The position numbers and the translations under genes are program-made. DNA of 63,654 nucleotides, filler included, from Reclinomonas americana ATCC 50394 (Eukaryota): NCBI GenBank assembly GCA_048213135.1. It is 8 parts of 4 records of this genome, joined end to end, with 100 filler letters (N's around TTAATTAATTAA, not from the genome) between each part and the next. Parts side by side here need not be neighbours in the genome. Positions count along the whole stretch, not along the records: positions 36,141 to 42,734 come from PS015076.1; positions 42,835 to 48,637 come from PS015076.1; positions 48,738 to 51,640 come from PS015076.1; positions 51,741 to 56,858 come from PS015076.1; 4 more parts are not named here. One strand, given 5' to 3'. Positions 41,532 through 54,700 of the stretch are shown here, piece after piece. The notes beneath the pieces were generated by a model that saw nothing but the letters and a program-made list of their open reading frames with translations, searched no databases and was not told the DNA's origin. Each line of letters begins with the position of its first letter. The stretch's first letter is position 1.

Positions 41532-42677
41532 CTATTCCGTCACGTCGGTGCGCTCAATCGACATGATCCGGTGGCCGTCCCAGCCGAGAATCAGCGAGCG
41601 CACCTCCTCAAAGTTGATCCACGTGGTGGGACGCTGACCGCGGCGTGCGGTGAGCACCTGTCGCACCTCCGTGGTCTTCTTCGTGACGGGGTCGTACGAG
41701 GCCCACGAACGCGCACCGTACAGCAGCGCGTAGTGATTCTTCAAGTGGAACAGCAGGCAGGCGTGCGGGCGTGACAGCGCGCCGACCAGTGCTGTCCACT
41801 GCTTGGCAATCGTGGCGGGCGTGTCGCTCGACGAGATGCCAATGTCCACTGGTCGCGCCTTGCTGGCCGCTCGCTGCTTCCGTGCCGCAAAGTATCTCGC
41901 CTGCACATTGACAGGCGAGGCTTCGTTGAGACGCGCCACGGCGGCGATAATGTCGGCGTTGCCCACGGGGGCGGTGGAGGGGCGCGGCCGACACAATTTC
42001 GTCATGCCACACTGATGAGGGAAAGTGAGTTCACCACGTCAGCTGCAAGCTCGTACACGCAGACAACAAGCACGCACCACTTGACGGAAGAGGCCAGCCA
42101 CCTCCTTGCGCCAACTGAACCCAGGTCCACTCGCTTTCTTCTTCTTGGCTCCACTGGCAGCAGAGTCTGAGGCACTGCCGCTGCCACTGCCCTCACCGAC
42201 ACCACCGTACACAGTAATGGACCATGCACGCGGCGCGAGAGGTGGCTCGTCACCGCTGGTGGTCATGTCCTCGTCGTCGTCGGCGGGCCCATCCTCGTCG
42301 TCGTCAATGTCATCCTCATCAAACTCCTCGTCTTCATCCTCGTCCAGCACCGTGAAATCGTCGAGACTGACCGTCGACCCGGTGGGCGACGACGGCTGCG
42401 ACGACGATGCCGAAGACAGACCCGAGTCTGTGCTCGTGCTGCTGCTGGCACCGCGACGTTTCCGGAACGCCAACTCCTTCATGCGCACAAACGCGTCGTC
42501 GACCGCCGGGCTGCTGCTGTCTTGTGCACGCTCCGCAAAGTAGGCCGTCACTGCACCGCGCACAGCCGACACCAGCTCCTTCTGCGTCCACTTCTTCCTC
42601 TTGCCGTGCGTCAGCTCCGGGAGGCGGCCGTAGACCGCACGCTCAAAATTGTCGACCGACCGAACACCGAGCAATCG
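41532..42677 (-). CDS. Uncharacterised protein, C-terminal part, with acidic tract and a conserved-looking FHLKNHYAL domain (5' truncated)
   Basis: Two exons: ...FSWRKEVAGLFRQV|CGMTKLCRPRPSTAPVGNADII...LLFHLKNHYALLYGARSW...QVLTARRGQRPTTWINFEEVRSLILGWDGHRIMSIER. A BIVM-like relationship is possible but is a guess. Confidence 0.65.
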
Positions 42678-42908
42678 CTGCGTGTGCGAGGGTAAGAAGA
42701 GAGAGAGAGAGGAAGCAGGGAGAGAGAAAATGCANNNNNNNNNNNNNNNNNNNNNNNNNNNNNNNNNNNNNNNNNNNNTTAATTAATTAANNNNNNNNNN
42801 NNNNNNNNNNNNNNNNNNNNNNNNNNNNNNNNNNGACGGACGGAGAGAGAGAGGAAGGAAGGAAGGAAGGAAGGAAGGAGGTAGGTAGTACGTTACGTTA
42901 CGTACTAA

Positions 42909-42955
<47 letters not shown>

Positions 42956-44195
42956 GGGAAGGAGAGGGAAGCACGTGCGGGTAGTGCAAGAGAGGTGAGC
43001 AAACGAATGCGGAAGAGGCACTGCGGGACAGGAGGAGAGATGAGAGGTGACAAGCGTACGGTTTCTCAAGTGAGTAAACGAACACGAGGGAGAGAGAGAG
43101 AGAGAGAGGGAAAGGAGAGGGAGGCACACGAGGAGAGCGAGAGAAGGAAGGAGAGGAGTGCAAGCTGAGTCAGTTCCGATAGCCATTCTGAGTTCCAAAC
43201 AATCTCTCTCTCCTGTGCTCTCTCTCTCTCTCTCTCTCTCTCTGCGTGTGTGCGTATGTGCGTGTGTGTGTGTGAGAGAGAGAGTGCGTTGTGTGTATGT
43301 GTGCGTGTATCTGTGTGACAACTGGCGTGACTCTCTCCTCTCAACCTCTCTGCTCAATCATTCTCTCACCAGAGCCTCTCCTCTGCCTCGTCACTTGCCG
43401 CGTGGGCGACGACGAGGCCGACACAGACGAAGGCTCCTCTGAGGCCTGCGAGGGCGTTCCACTTGCCGTGTCACGCCTGCTCGACTGCTGTTGATGCTGA
43501 TGCTGCAGCGGTTGCTGGGGTTGTGTTTGTGCGCGTGGGCGGCCCTTGGATTGTGGGACGGCGGCGCTTTGCAGAAGAACGCGCTGCGTGTGGCAAAGCG
43601 GCAAACGTGAGTGGGAACGTGGGAGCGGGAGAGAGCGGGAGTGGCGTGATGAACCCCTGTTTGTGCGTCTCTGCGGAGTTGATCGCTCCAGGAGATGGAG
43701 CCTTGTTGCGGGCCACTCATTGTGCGTGTGAGTGGGGAGAAGAGAGGGAGAGACACGCGTCTCTCTCTCTCTCTTTCGCTCGCCGCGCGCGCTCTCTCCG
43801 CTGGTCTCCTCGCTCACAACTCGACGGGGGAAAACAATAAATATTCGGACTTTGTAATTCCCGCGTATAATTGGTGAACTGTCGTATACGTAGACATGTG
43901 GCGTGTCATCCTGCCACTTTCCCAAGGTGCTTTGCAGCGTGTACGTGTGGAGAGACAAGCAGTTCGATCAGTTTCTTGCACAAACTGCTTGCAGTTGTAC
44001 AAGCATATGACTTGGAATCGTGTTCGCAATACTTGGCCAGGAGTCTTGCACTGTCGCTCACAACGGATCACTTGCAGGTTCGAGGAAGCGTTTCACATGG
44101 CACTCGAGAAGAGAGATACAGTATCAAGCACCTCGCTCATATCCTTGTTCAGCAGACTTCACCTTCGTCGTGCTTCTTCATTCACACGCTGATGA

Positions 44196-45414
44196 TCAGC
44201 AGAAGAACTTGGTGCGCAGACCAAAGTTGTAGACTGTCGGGGCGGTTTCGCTGGTGAAGTTGAACTGCGCGCAGAGTACACAAGATCAGCGCGACTATGG
44301 TTGTGCATGTGCATGCAAAACAAACCTCGTCGTCGGCATTCGGATCGCACACCACCGAGATGTCGATCTGGCGGTCGCGACCGTCCCACGTCTGCACTCA
44401 CGGTGAGCAGAGGTGCAAGCACGCGAAACAAAGGTGCATCGAACCTTCTGACCACCGCCGTACACAATGTGCGTCACTCCGCTGCTGTCGACGCGAGAGG
44501 AGAAGAAGGTGGAGCGGCCGAGCATGTAGCACACGTCGTTCTTGGGGTCGTACTGTGAGAAAGGGAGAAGAATGAGAGAAGGCGGAAAAAGAGAGACGCG
44601 AGTGATGGCAATCTATAGAAGGTGAGGGAAGACGTGGGGAAGAAGCAGGGAGAGAGAGAGAGGAAGTGAGAGAGAGGGAGAGTAGAAANNNNNNNNNNNN
44701 NNNNNNNNNNNNNNNNNNNNNNNNNNNNNNNNNNNNNNNNNNNNNNNNNNNNNNNNNNNNNNNNNNNNNNNNNNNNNNNNNNNNNNNNNNNNNNNNNNNN
44801 NNNNNNNNNNNNNNNNNNNNNNNNNNNNNNNNNNNNNNNNNNNNNNNNNNNNNNNNNNNNNNNNNNNNNNNNNNNNNNNNNNNNNNNNNNNNNNNNNNNN
44901 NNNNNNNNNNNNNNNNNNNNNNNNNNNNNNNNNNNNNNNNNNNNNNNNNNNNNNNNNNNNNNNNNNNNNNNNNNNNNNNNNNNNNNNNNNNNNNNNNNNN
45001 NNNNNNNNNNNNNNNNNNNNNNNNNNNNNNNNNNNNNNNNNNNNNNNNNNNNNNNNNNNNNNNNNNNNNNNNNNNNNNNNNNNNNNNNNNNNNNNNNNNN
45101 NNNNNNNNNNNNNNNNNNNNNNNNNNNNNNNNNNNNNNNNNNNNNNNNNNNNNNNNNNNNNNNNNNNNNNNNNNNNNNNNNNNNNNNNNNNNNNNNNNNN
45201 NNNNNNNNNNNNNNNNNNNNNNNNNNNNNNNNNNNNNNNNNNNNNNNNNNNNNNNNNNNNNNNNNNNNNNNNNNNNNNNNNNNNNNNNNNNNNNNNNNNN
45301 NNNNNNNNNNNNNNNNNNNNNNNNNNNNNNNNNNNNNNNNNNNNNNNNNNNNNNNNNNNNNNNNNNNNNNNNNNNNNNNNNNNNNNNNNNNCGACTCTCT
45401 CCTCCTCCTCTCTC

Positions 45415-45448
<34 letters not shown>

Positions 45449-46038
45449 CATGCCTCCCTCCCTCCCTCTCCCTCCCTCTCCTTCCCTTCTCCCTTCCTTC
45501 TCCCTCGCCTCACCTGATACCCCGCTCCCAACGGCAACGCCCTGCACCGCCCTGGGATCATCTGCACCGGCACATCCTGGCACAACCTACAAGAGCAAAG
45601 AACATAAGACTTCACCAATGCCCTTGCCAACAATCATCATGACACACAACGCACCCCATGAAATACTCATATTCCAGTCCAGGTCCCTGCGCATAGTACA
45701 CACCCGCGGCACTGCTCAAGTCCTTGGTGCCAAACGTGCCTGCACAGAGAGAGAAAAGAAAAAAGTTCGCAATCCGAACATACATTAATCACAAATGCAC
45801 GCAGAGAGATGCGAGTGACAAGAGACAAGAGAGCGCACACACGCACACAGAGAGGTGCTTTAACGCAACAGTTGGGCAAGTGTGCTGATGCGTGAGGCAC
45901 GGGCAGGCGCACAAACAAAGCGTCGTCTGCCATGTCCATGTGCATCTCCTGCCGCGTGATGCACGCGGTAGCGAGCACCGACAGTGTTGTCAATACGAGG
46001 AGAGTGACGATGAGCAGAGAGCCTGTGCGCGCGGCCAT
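44196..46038 (-). CDS. Small secreted protein with a mannose-6-phosphate-receptor-homology (MRH)-like domain
   Basis: Signal peptide MAARTGSLLIVTLLVLTTLSVLATA. The spliced product NCTFGTKDLSS...EYFMGLCQDV...GYQ|YDPKNDVCYMLGR...HIVYGGGQK|TWDGRDRQIDISVVCDP...FTSETAPTVYNFGLRTKFFC* matches the MRH Cys/Q/R/E/Y pattern. Confidence 0.72.
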
Positions 46039-46109
46039 GATGAAGTGAAAAGAGTGGAGGACATGAGTGGAAGGACGAATGACGACGTTCTTTTTCTCCA
46101 TTTTGGTGT

Positions 46110-48119
46110 TCAAAGCATGAAGAACACGGCCATGGGTGCAACGGTGGCGAGGATTGCGGCGACTGCGAGGTTCCACGCGACCTTTTTCTTGTGAGCGGCG
46201 GCCTGGTCGACGTCGTCGTCGGGCAGTGCGGCGGCCAGGGCGGCATCGTCGACAGCGTCGTCGCGCAGCTTCTCGGGCACGATCATGACGGCGGCCAGTA
46301 GAGCTGTGAGGCACATTACTATTCCGTACAACGTCACCAGCGCGGTATTTTGCTGGTGGGCCCAGCCGACCAAGTGTCGGCCGCAGACGCCGAAGAGGTG
46401 GATCATGGAGACGAGGAGTAGTGCTGCGAGGGGGAAAGGGGGAAGGGAGGGGGTGAGTGATGAGGGGCAGGGGAGAGAGGGGATGTTGAATGGCGAAAAG
46501 AGCAAGAAAGAGATGGAAGAAGAGAAGAGTGGGGGACGAGAACTCCAGCTCCACACAGGGGACAGGCTGCAGCAGTGAGAACGACACACCAGGGAGGAGA
46601 GCAAATCCGATCGCAGACTGCAAACACGAAACAGGAGTTTCTCACTGATGAGATCAACGAAGAGGCGAGAACGACACAGCTAAGGAGAGGAAAGCAGGCG
46701 GACAGGAACACGAGTTTCGAACACAAGAGGCATGAGGGACTGGAGGCGAGCAGACTGCAACAGAGAGAACACGAGTTTCAAGCAGGGGACAGGTTGCAGA
46801 GACGGGAACAGACACGCAAGGAGCGGAGCAGGGTCGAGCACGCGAGAGAACATTTGTTCCAAATGCGACGGGTGCCTCTCTCTGACGAAATCAAGACAGA
46901 AGGACACAAGCAGTAGACCGGCAGTAGAGAGGAAAAGAGAGGGAGCAAAGAAGAACACGAGAGACCATGAGTTTCAAACACGAGACAAGCTACTCACTGG
47001 CATGATCAACGACGAGACATGAAAGACGCACAGAGAGACGAAAGCAGAGCAAGGCGGACAAGAGCACGAGTTCCAGACAGGAGACAGGCAGCAGCAAAAG
47101 ACATGCAAGGAGAGGAGCAGAGGCTGATCGCAGGCAAACGAGAGATAATAAGTTCCAAACACAAGGCATGATCAACCAAGAGGCGAGTACACAATACACC
47201 AACAGGAGAGAAGAGCAGACAGCGACGAACGAGAACACGAGTTCCATGCCAACGAGGGAGCAGACTCCAACACAGCTGCAACTGCGACAGAGAGCACGAG
47301 TGCCGAACACGAGGAGATCGCCTCTCACTGACACGATCAAGAGGGAGATGAACGAGACCTAGAGTCCAAACAGGAGAGGCAAACAACAGATCATGAGTTC
47401 CAAACACGAGACAGGCTGACGAGATCAAGAGCATGGGCGAGAAAGAGAAGCGACCACGAGCACCGAACACAAGGAGGTTGCTTCTCGCAGACACGATCAA
47501 GAGAAGGAGATGAACGAGAACTCGAGTCCAAACAGGAGAGGCAAACAACACAAGTTCCGAACACGAGACAGGCTGACAAGATCAAGAGCAGGGGCGAGAA
47601 AGAGAAGCAGACAAGGACGCCACCTCCAAAGGAGATAGCACGCCACAGAAGACACTCTTCACGGCCTTCTCATTCTTCCCCTTTCGCACCATCCACGACC
47701 TTCATCTCCCCCCGGCGACACCTGGCAACCGACCACACCACCGACGCGCCCACCACCACCACATGATAGACAGTGGCCGCCCGCGACCTCCACGTATCAT
47801 CATACACCTCGCGTTCCGTTCTCATCGCCGCCAACTCCTCCAGCGTTCGCGGAAACGAGGCCGAGCCCGCCGGATACACCATATTCACCAACTGCGACAC
47901 GTCATCACCACCTTCTCCTCCAGCAGCAGCAAAGTTCCACTGAGGGAACTGCTGTCGGAGGCGATCGCGATGCGCGCGCACAAACTGTAGTTGTGCCTCT
48001 TGCACGGTGGGTCGGCGGTTGGACTTGGACGGTGCCTGGATGCTCGTCCATGTGCGTACGCAGCAGATGCCGGCGAGACCGGCGGCAGTGGACCACAAGA
48101 TGAGCGCGCGGAAGCTCAT
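46110..48119 (-). CDS. Uncharacterised multi-pass membrane protein, 2 exons (48119-47690, 46423-46110)
   Basis: G|GTGCGA donor at 47689 and CAG acceptor at 46424 join ...EMKVVD|ALLLVSMIHLFG... in frame. Several hydrophobic segments. Confidence 0.6.
46538..47610. repeat. Degenerate modular repeat array inside a 1266-nt intron
   Basis: About 14 copies of a core close to GAGAACACGAGTTYCAAACACGAGACAGG at irregular spacing, a second recurring motif containing GATCAA, and a recent duplication of about 130 nt (47322-47451 vs 47482-47609). Confidence 0.85.
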
Positions 48120-48800
48120 TGCTGAGAGTGAGAGACGGAGATGATTGTGTCCTGCGGAACTTTTGCATGTTTGGTGCGTGCTCGTTGCTGAGTGGTGTGA
48201 TGGTAGTGTGGAGTGTAAGCTCACTATGTAGCGGATCAGATCTGCCAGGCACAAGCTGCGTCTTGTGTTCTTGAGCAACGTCGACGTCGATGAGTTTCGA
48301 AGTTGTGCCTTTCTCTGCTTGCAAGCGAGTAGCTGTGGTGGTTGCCCTGTGTACTAGCACGTTGATAAGAGTGGCACTGATAATGGACAGAGGATCAGCG
48401 CGTCCTGCACGCATCATTTCCATCCGTCATGGCATGCAAGGTGAGCAGTCGTCATCTCTCTTCTCGTGGCATCACGCTCATGAAAGGTGACCTCCTTCCA
48501 CTTCACTTCCTCTCCCCCCCTCCTCCTCGTCCTCATTCTCTTCCTTGCATTCTTCTCCTGTGCCTTTCCTTCTTCTTCTTCTCCTCCTCCTCCTCCTCCT
48601 CCTTCTTCTTCTTCTTCTTCTTCTTCTTCTCCTCCTCNNNNNNNNNNNNNNNNNNNNNNNNNNNNNNNNNNNNNNNNNNNNTTAATTAATTAANNNNNNN
48701 NNNNNNNNNNNNNNNNNNNNNNNNNNNNNNNNNNNNNTTCTCCTCTTCCTCCCCCTTCTTCCTCGTCCCTCTTTCTCATCTCCCTCCTCCTCCCGCGCAG

Positions 48801-49829
48801 ACCTTGGAGGGACACACCGACTGTGTCGCGTGCATCGCCATCACTCCCGACGGCCAACACCTAGTGAGTGGCGGTGAGGACGACACTGTGCGCGTGTGGT
48901 CGCTGGCCAGTGGCGAGGAGGTGCGACCGCGCGTCCTCCCGCTCACCTACGTGGTGACGGCTATCGCGGTGACACCCAATGGAAAGGCGATTGTGGGCAC
49001 CGACGACAAGTCGGTGCATGTGTGGGCGCTGGCCAGTGGGAAGGAGCTGCATAGAGCGAGCGAGCACTGTGCGGATGATGTGCTGTTGTCGGTGGCGGTG
49101 ACGCCCGATGGCCGGCATGCGGTCACGGGCGGTGGAAGCGCCGACAACACTCTGATTGTGTGGTCACTGGTGACGGGCGACGAGGTGCGACGACTCGTCG
49201 GACACTACGACTACGTGAAGAGTGTGGCGATCACCCGCGACGGGCAGCACGTGGTGAGCGGCAGCTACGATTACTCGGTGATTGTGTGGTCGCTGGCGAG
49301 TGGCGACTGTGTGCGGCGGCTGGAGGGCCACACGAATTATGTGCGCGCGGTGGCGGTCACCGCCGACGGCCAGCACATTGTGAGTGCGGGTGACGACAAG
49401 ACGATCCGCGTGTGGTCGCTGGCGAGCGGTGCGGAGGTGCGACGACTGGAGGGGCACACTGCGGAGGTGCGGTCGGTCGCGGTCACCGAGCAGCACATTG
49501 TGAGCGGGTCTGTGGACAGAACGGTGCGCGTGTGGTCGCTGGCGAGTGGCGAGGAGGTGCGCCGGTTCGAGGGTCACAGTGGGTGGGTGTCGTGCGTGGC
49601 CGTCACCGGCGACGGCCAGCATGTGGTGAGCGGCAGCTACGATCACACGATTCGAGTGTGGTCGTCACCGCGCGGCCTGGCGGAGCAAGAGCTTGCGTCG
49701 GCGCGGCTGGCGGTGGCGGCGGTGGGCGAGATGCTGCCGGGCGACGAGTGGATTCTGGTCGACGTGGTGCTGCGGTGCTGTGTGGTGGAGGAGGCGGAGG
49801 TGACAGCGTTGCGGGCGGTGCGGTGGTAA
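48801..49829 (+). CDS. WD40-repeat protein A (5' truncated; one long exon)
   Basis: Seven LEGHTxxVxxVAVTxDGQHxVSGSxDxTVRVW-type repeats plus a helical C-terminal tail. CAG acceptor at 48800. Confidence 0.9.
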   Translation, partial: TLEGHTDCVACIAITPDGQHLVSGGEDDTVRVWSLASGEEVRPRVLPLTYVVTAIAVTPNGKAIVGTDDKSVHVWALASGKELHRASEHCADDVLLSVAVTPDGRHAVTGGGSADNTLIVWSLVTGDEVRRLVGHYDYVKSVAITRDGQHVVSGSYDYSVIVWSLASGDCVRRLEGHTNYVRAVAVTADGQHIVSAGDDKTIRVWSLASGAEVRRLEGHTAEVRSVAVTEQHIVSGSVDRTVRVWSLASGEEVRRFEGHSGWVSCVAVTGDGQHVVSGSYDHTIRVWSSPRGLAEQELASARLAVAAVGEMLPGDEWILVDVVLRCCVVEEAEVTALRAVRW

Positions 49830-50840
49830 CGCGGGCGAGAGGGAAGTGAGGAAGCAACACGAAGGGCAAAGGATGGCAACAACATCATCAAGAAGCAACA
49901 GCAACTATTCAACAACAGCAGCTACACGAGCATCAAGAACCCAGCCGACGGCTGTCATTGCTGACTTGCACCGATCTTGGCACGGGACCCGCCGAGCTTG
50001 GCGGAGCGGCGATGATCTTTTCCAGTCAATCGCGACGGCCGCGGCAAGAGGTGTGCTCCGCCGCAAGTGAACGGACCACTCGCCTGCCTTCCAATTTCGA
50101 AAAATTAGCCGCCAATTGAAACCAATGCACGAGTCGTAATTGATCGAGCTCGATTCGACATGCAGCTCTCGGGAAACGGGAAAAATCAACAACCGGCGGC
50201 AATCGGCATCATGCACCGCGCGTCCAGCTCATCGGACCAGCGCTTGCACGCTGACGACTGCTGCAGCCGGCGCCTGTATTCGAACACGTCCGGATTCCCC
50301 CTCCGAGTCCTCTCACTCGAGCTCGCCCATGCGAGCTCTTCGCCTCCGCCATCTGGTCCGTCTCCTCGTCCAAGGAAAAGAAACAAACTGCAAGAACGCT
50401 GCCGCATCTCCGCGTCGAATCGTCGCACAAAAGGCCAACTCCTCCAACTCCTGAGCGCGCAAATCCGAACAACAGCATCGCAAAACGAATCATGACGACA
50501 TGACACGGACGCAGCACGCAGCACCGGGCGCAAACCAACGATAGCACTCGATTGCATCACAGCAACACTCCGAAATGCCGCGCGCCTGCATCAGTGCAGT
50601 CCGGATCCAAGAAAATCGAACATGTGCACGAAATGCTGTCTCTCTCCTGATCAGTGGCGCGCGCACGCAGACACGCACGAGCATACTCAAACTCGACATG
50701 CACAATAAAAAAGATGCAGGGCACTGGTCGCCGACTGCATCAGTTAAGCTCAAAAGAAAAAGATGCGGTCGTGATTGGATTCGCATCTTTTTCGTTGTCC
50801 TCAATCACTCTTTCACACTCTCTCGTTGAGCGCAGACACA

Positions 50841-51609
50841 ATGGCCGGTCACTGGGAATCACATGGAGGTAAACACACACACACACAAAGAGAGAGAGAG
50901 ACAGGCGTGCGCGTGTGTGTGTCTCACTGTGCGCTGCGTGTGTGTCATGCAGAGTTGAGCTTCTCTGCGCATTGCGTCAGCGTGTCACTGGGCGCACTCT
51001 CCGACATTCGCGCGGCACACGCCGACGAGCTGCGCGACATTGAGCTGTACCGGTGAGAGCGTGTGTCTGCGTTATGTAGTTGTCTCCTTTGCTGACGAAT
51101 GCGTTTCGTTGTGTAAGTCGCTTTTTGAACTACATGAGCGCGGCGCAGATCTACCTGAAGAGCAATGAGTTTCTGAAGGAGCCGCTGGTCGCCGAGCATT
51201 GCAAGGAGCGATTGTTGGGTGCGTCTCTGTCATGAGATTCCCTCTTCTTCCTTCTTTCAAAGTTCTTACACTTTTTCCTCTCTGTGAATAGGTCACTGGG
51301 GCACGTGCCCTGGCATCAACCTCGTGTGCGCGCATCTGCAGCGTGTGATCAAGCGCGATGAGCAGGAGATGCTTTTTGTTGCGTTTTTTTGTTTTGTGGA
51401 CAAGTCGAGTTGTCTCGGGGTCTCTCTCCTTCCCTCCTCAGTGTGCTCTTCTTCCCCTCACCATTTCATCCCTCGTCGAGTTGTTTGTCAGTGCCCTCAA
51501 GCCCTCTTTCTGCTTGGAATCTCTCTTTTTCATGTCGTGTTCCTCCGCTTGACTCGTGTGAGTGAACTCTGCCTCTTTCCTCTCTCGAGCTGGCTCACCG
51601 TGCCTGCAA

Positions 51610-51640
<31 letters not shown>

Positions 51641-51742
51641 NNNNNNNNNNNNNNNNNNNNNNNNNNNNNNNNNNNNNNNNNNNNTTAATTAATTAANNNN
51701 NNNNNNNNNNNNNNNNNNNNNNNNNNNNNNNNNNNNNNNNCG

Positions 51743-51792
<50 letters not shown>

Positions 51793-54700
51793 CAAACCAT
51801 TCCCTTTCCCTTCCTTTTCTCTTCTCCCCCTTTCCCTCACTCTCCCTTCTTCCGCAGGTCGTCGGTCCCGGCCACGGCGCACCCGCCATGCTGTCGAACC
51901 TCTTTGCCGAGGGCAGCCTGGGCACCTTCTACCCCAGCAACGTGCTGACGCTGGAGGGCGCAGCGCACTTGATCCGCCAGTTCTCGTGGCCTGGCGGCTT
52001 CCCGTCGCACATCAATGCTGAGGTTTGTCCATTTCTTCTAGCAGTCCGTGCTGCAGTTTGACTCATCTCGTGATTTCGCACACAGACGCCCGGCAGCATT
52101 CACGAGGGCGGCGAGCTCGGCTACGCGCTGGCTGTGGCCTATGGTGCCGTGATGGACAGTTGCGTTGTCAGTGGGATCGTGCGCTCTCTACCCTCCTCCG
52201 AAATACAGTCTGCTCAGTCCTTTCCCACTGTCACTTTTCTTTTCCACACATTTCTCTCCCTCTTCCTCTTCGTCCCCCTCTTCCCCCTCTATTCTGCCTC
52301 TCTTCAGCCTCCTGTTTCTCCTTCCCCCTCTCCCTCTCCCTTTTCCTTCTCCCTTCCCCCTTTCCCTCTCCTTTCCCCTCTCCTTTCCCTCTCCCTTCCC
52401 CTCTCCCTTTTCCCTCTCCGTTTCCCCCCGCTCTTCCCCCCCTCTCTTCCCTCTCCCCTTCCCCCCTCATCCCTCACCACCCTTCCCCCCTCACAGATCC
52501 CGACCTGATCGTCCCCTGCCTGGTGGGCGACGGCGAGGCCGAGACCGGCCCGACTGCCGCCGCGTGGCACTCGACCAAGTGGCTCGACCCGGCTGAGAGT
52601 GGTGCCGTACTGCCCATTCTGCACGTCAAGTTGCGGCTTGTGTGCTATTCTTCTTTTCTTCTCGCACACACTCACATTATGTTGTATGATTGCAGTGGGT
52701 ACAAGATTGCCGAGCCGACGATTTTCGGCGGTGAGTTTCTTCGCATGCCCATTCACTCCCCTCTCCTTCCTTGCCCTCATACCTCATCTTCACGCAGCCA
52801 TGAGCAACGAGGAGCTGGTGGCACTGTTCACTGGCTACGGCTACAACGTGCGCATCTGCGACGGCTTTGGCGGCGCCACCGAGATCTCCATCGACACGAT
52901 GGATCTGTTGCGTTTCCCTCTCCCTGTGCCAGCGCTCTGCTCTCCTCAACTCACCTCCACCTCGTAGTGATGCCGACTTCTACGCGAGCGTCGACTGGGC
53001 CATCAGCGAGATCCGCACCATCCAGCACGCTGCCCGCTCCGGCAACCCGATCAACAAGGTGTGTCTCTATCGCCTGTTTGTTCCTTTCTTCTGTCACCCT
53101 CCCTCTTCCTCTCTCTCTCTCCCTTCCTCTCCCCCTCTCCCACTCTTCCTCTCTCCCTCTCTTCTCTCCCCCCTCTCTCCCACTTTTCCTCTCCTCTTTG
53201 TCTCTCTATCTCTCCCCTCTCTTTCTCTCCTTTCTCTCTATCTCTCCCACTGTTCCTCTCCGTCTCTCTATCTATCTCTTCTTTTTTCTTTCTTTCTCTC
53301 TATCCTTTTTTCTTTCTCTCTTCCCCTCACCCACCCTCCCCCCTCTCTCTCCCACTTTTCCTCTCCGTCTCTCTATCTATCTCTTCTTCTTCTTTCTTTC
53401 TCTCTTCCCCTCTCTCCTTCCCCCTTCTCCTCCCCCTTCCTCTCTTTCTCTTCCTTTTCTTTCTCGCCCGCTCTTCCTTCTTCTTATTTTCTCATTCTCT
53501 TCCCCTCTCTTCCCCTCTCTTCCCCCCTCCCTCTGTCTCTTTCCCTTTTCCCCTCTCTTTCTCTCTTCTCTTCCTCTCTTGTCTCTCTTCCTCCCCTCCT
53601 TCTCTCCTTTTCTCTTCCCCTCTCTTCCCCTCTCTCCCCCCCTCTCTTTCCCCCCTCTTCCCCTTTCCCTTTTCCGAACTGACCCTTTGTGTCTTTGGCA
53701 GCCTCGCTTCCCGATGATCGTCCTCCGCAGCCCGAAGGGCTGGACCGGCGTGCGCACTCTGGACGGCGAGCCCGTCGAGGGCTCCTTCCGCAGCCACCAG
53801 GTGCCATGCTCAGACACATACACCAACCCCGCCCACTTGCGCGCCATCGAGGACTGGCTGCGCAGCTACCGCGTTGCGTTTCCTTTTTTCTTGTCACGTG
53901 TCCTTCCCCATCAATCGCACTCACCGCTATCCTGCTGCAGCCGGATGAGCTGTTCCGCATGGAGGACGGCAAGTGGCTGTTGAAGGAGTTCCTGGAGGAC
54001 TTTTGCCCAAAGGGCAACCTGCGCATGGGCTGCAATCGGTCAGTTCTATTTGTGCAATCCTCCCTGTTCCACACACGACGCTCACCTTTTCGTTGTATTC
54101 TCGCTGCAGCCACACGTGCTACTGGCGCCCCGACGGCTCCCACGTCGACCCGTGCGCTCACCTCGATGTGCGTCTTGCTTTTCTTTTTTAACCTTTCATC
54201 TTCCCGAATGCTGAGTGTGTGTGTGCAGCTGCCGAGCCTGTTCGAGTTCGCCACCCACGTCAATGTCGCCCAGCGTGACTCCACTGGCGTGTCGTCGGCC
54301 ATTGACAGCTCGACGCGCCAGCTGGGCAAGTTCCTGCGCGAGGTCGTGTCGCGCAACCCGCGCACGTTCCGCGTGTTCTCGCCCGACGAGTTCGTCTCCA
54401 ACAAGCTCAACTACATTTTCGATGTGACGCACCGCAACTTCCAGTGGCCGATTGGACGCGGTGACTACCACATTGAGAAGCAGAACGGAGGCCGCGTGCT
54501 GGAGATCCTCTCCGAGCACACGTGCCAGGGCTGGATGCAGGGTTACTCGCTGACCGGTCGCTACGGCATGCTGCCGAGCTACGAGGCCTTTTTGGGTGCG
54601 TGTTGTACTTTTTCACTTGTTTTTTTTTTGCATCCTCTCCCTCACCATCATGTGCAGGCATCATCGCCACCATGATGGACCAGTACGCCAAGTTCATCAA

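Noticed and set aside
43370-43720. Possible 5' exon (MSGPQQGSISWSDQLRR...) of the 41532-42677 gene
   Set aside because: I could not build a consistent spliced frame, and it lies across a linker.
46538-47610. CRISPR array interpretation of the intronic repeat
   Set aside because: The repeats are degenerate, spacers vary several-fold in length and are related to each other, there are no cas genes, and the context is a eukaryotic intron.
52025-53983. Long ORF-track proteins rich in S/L/P/F or R/E/G, and ORFs running through N gaps
   Set aside because: These are translations of stop-poor polypyrimidine/polypurine introns and of Ns, not real proteins.
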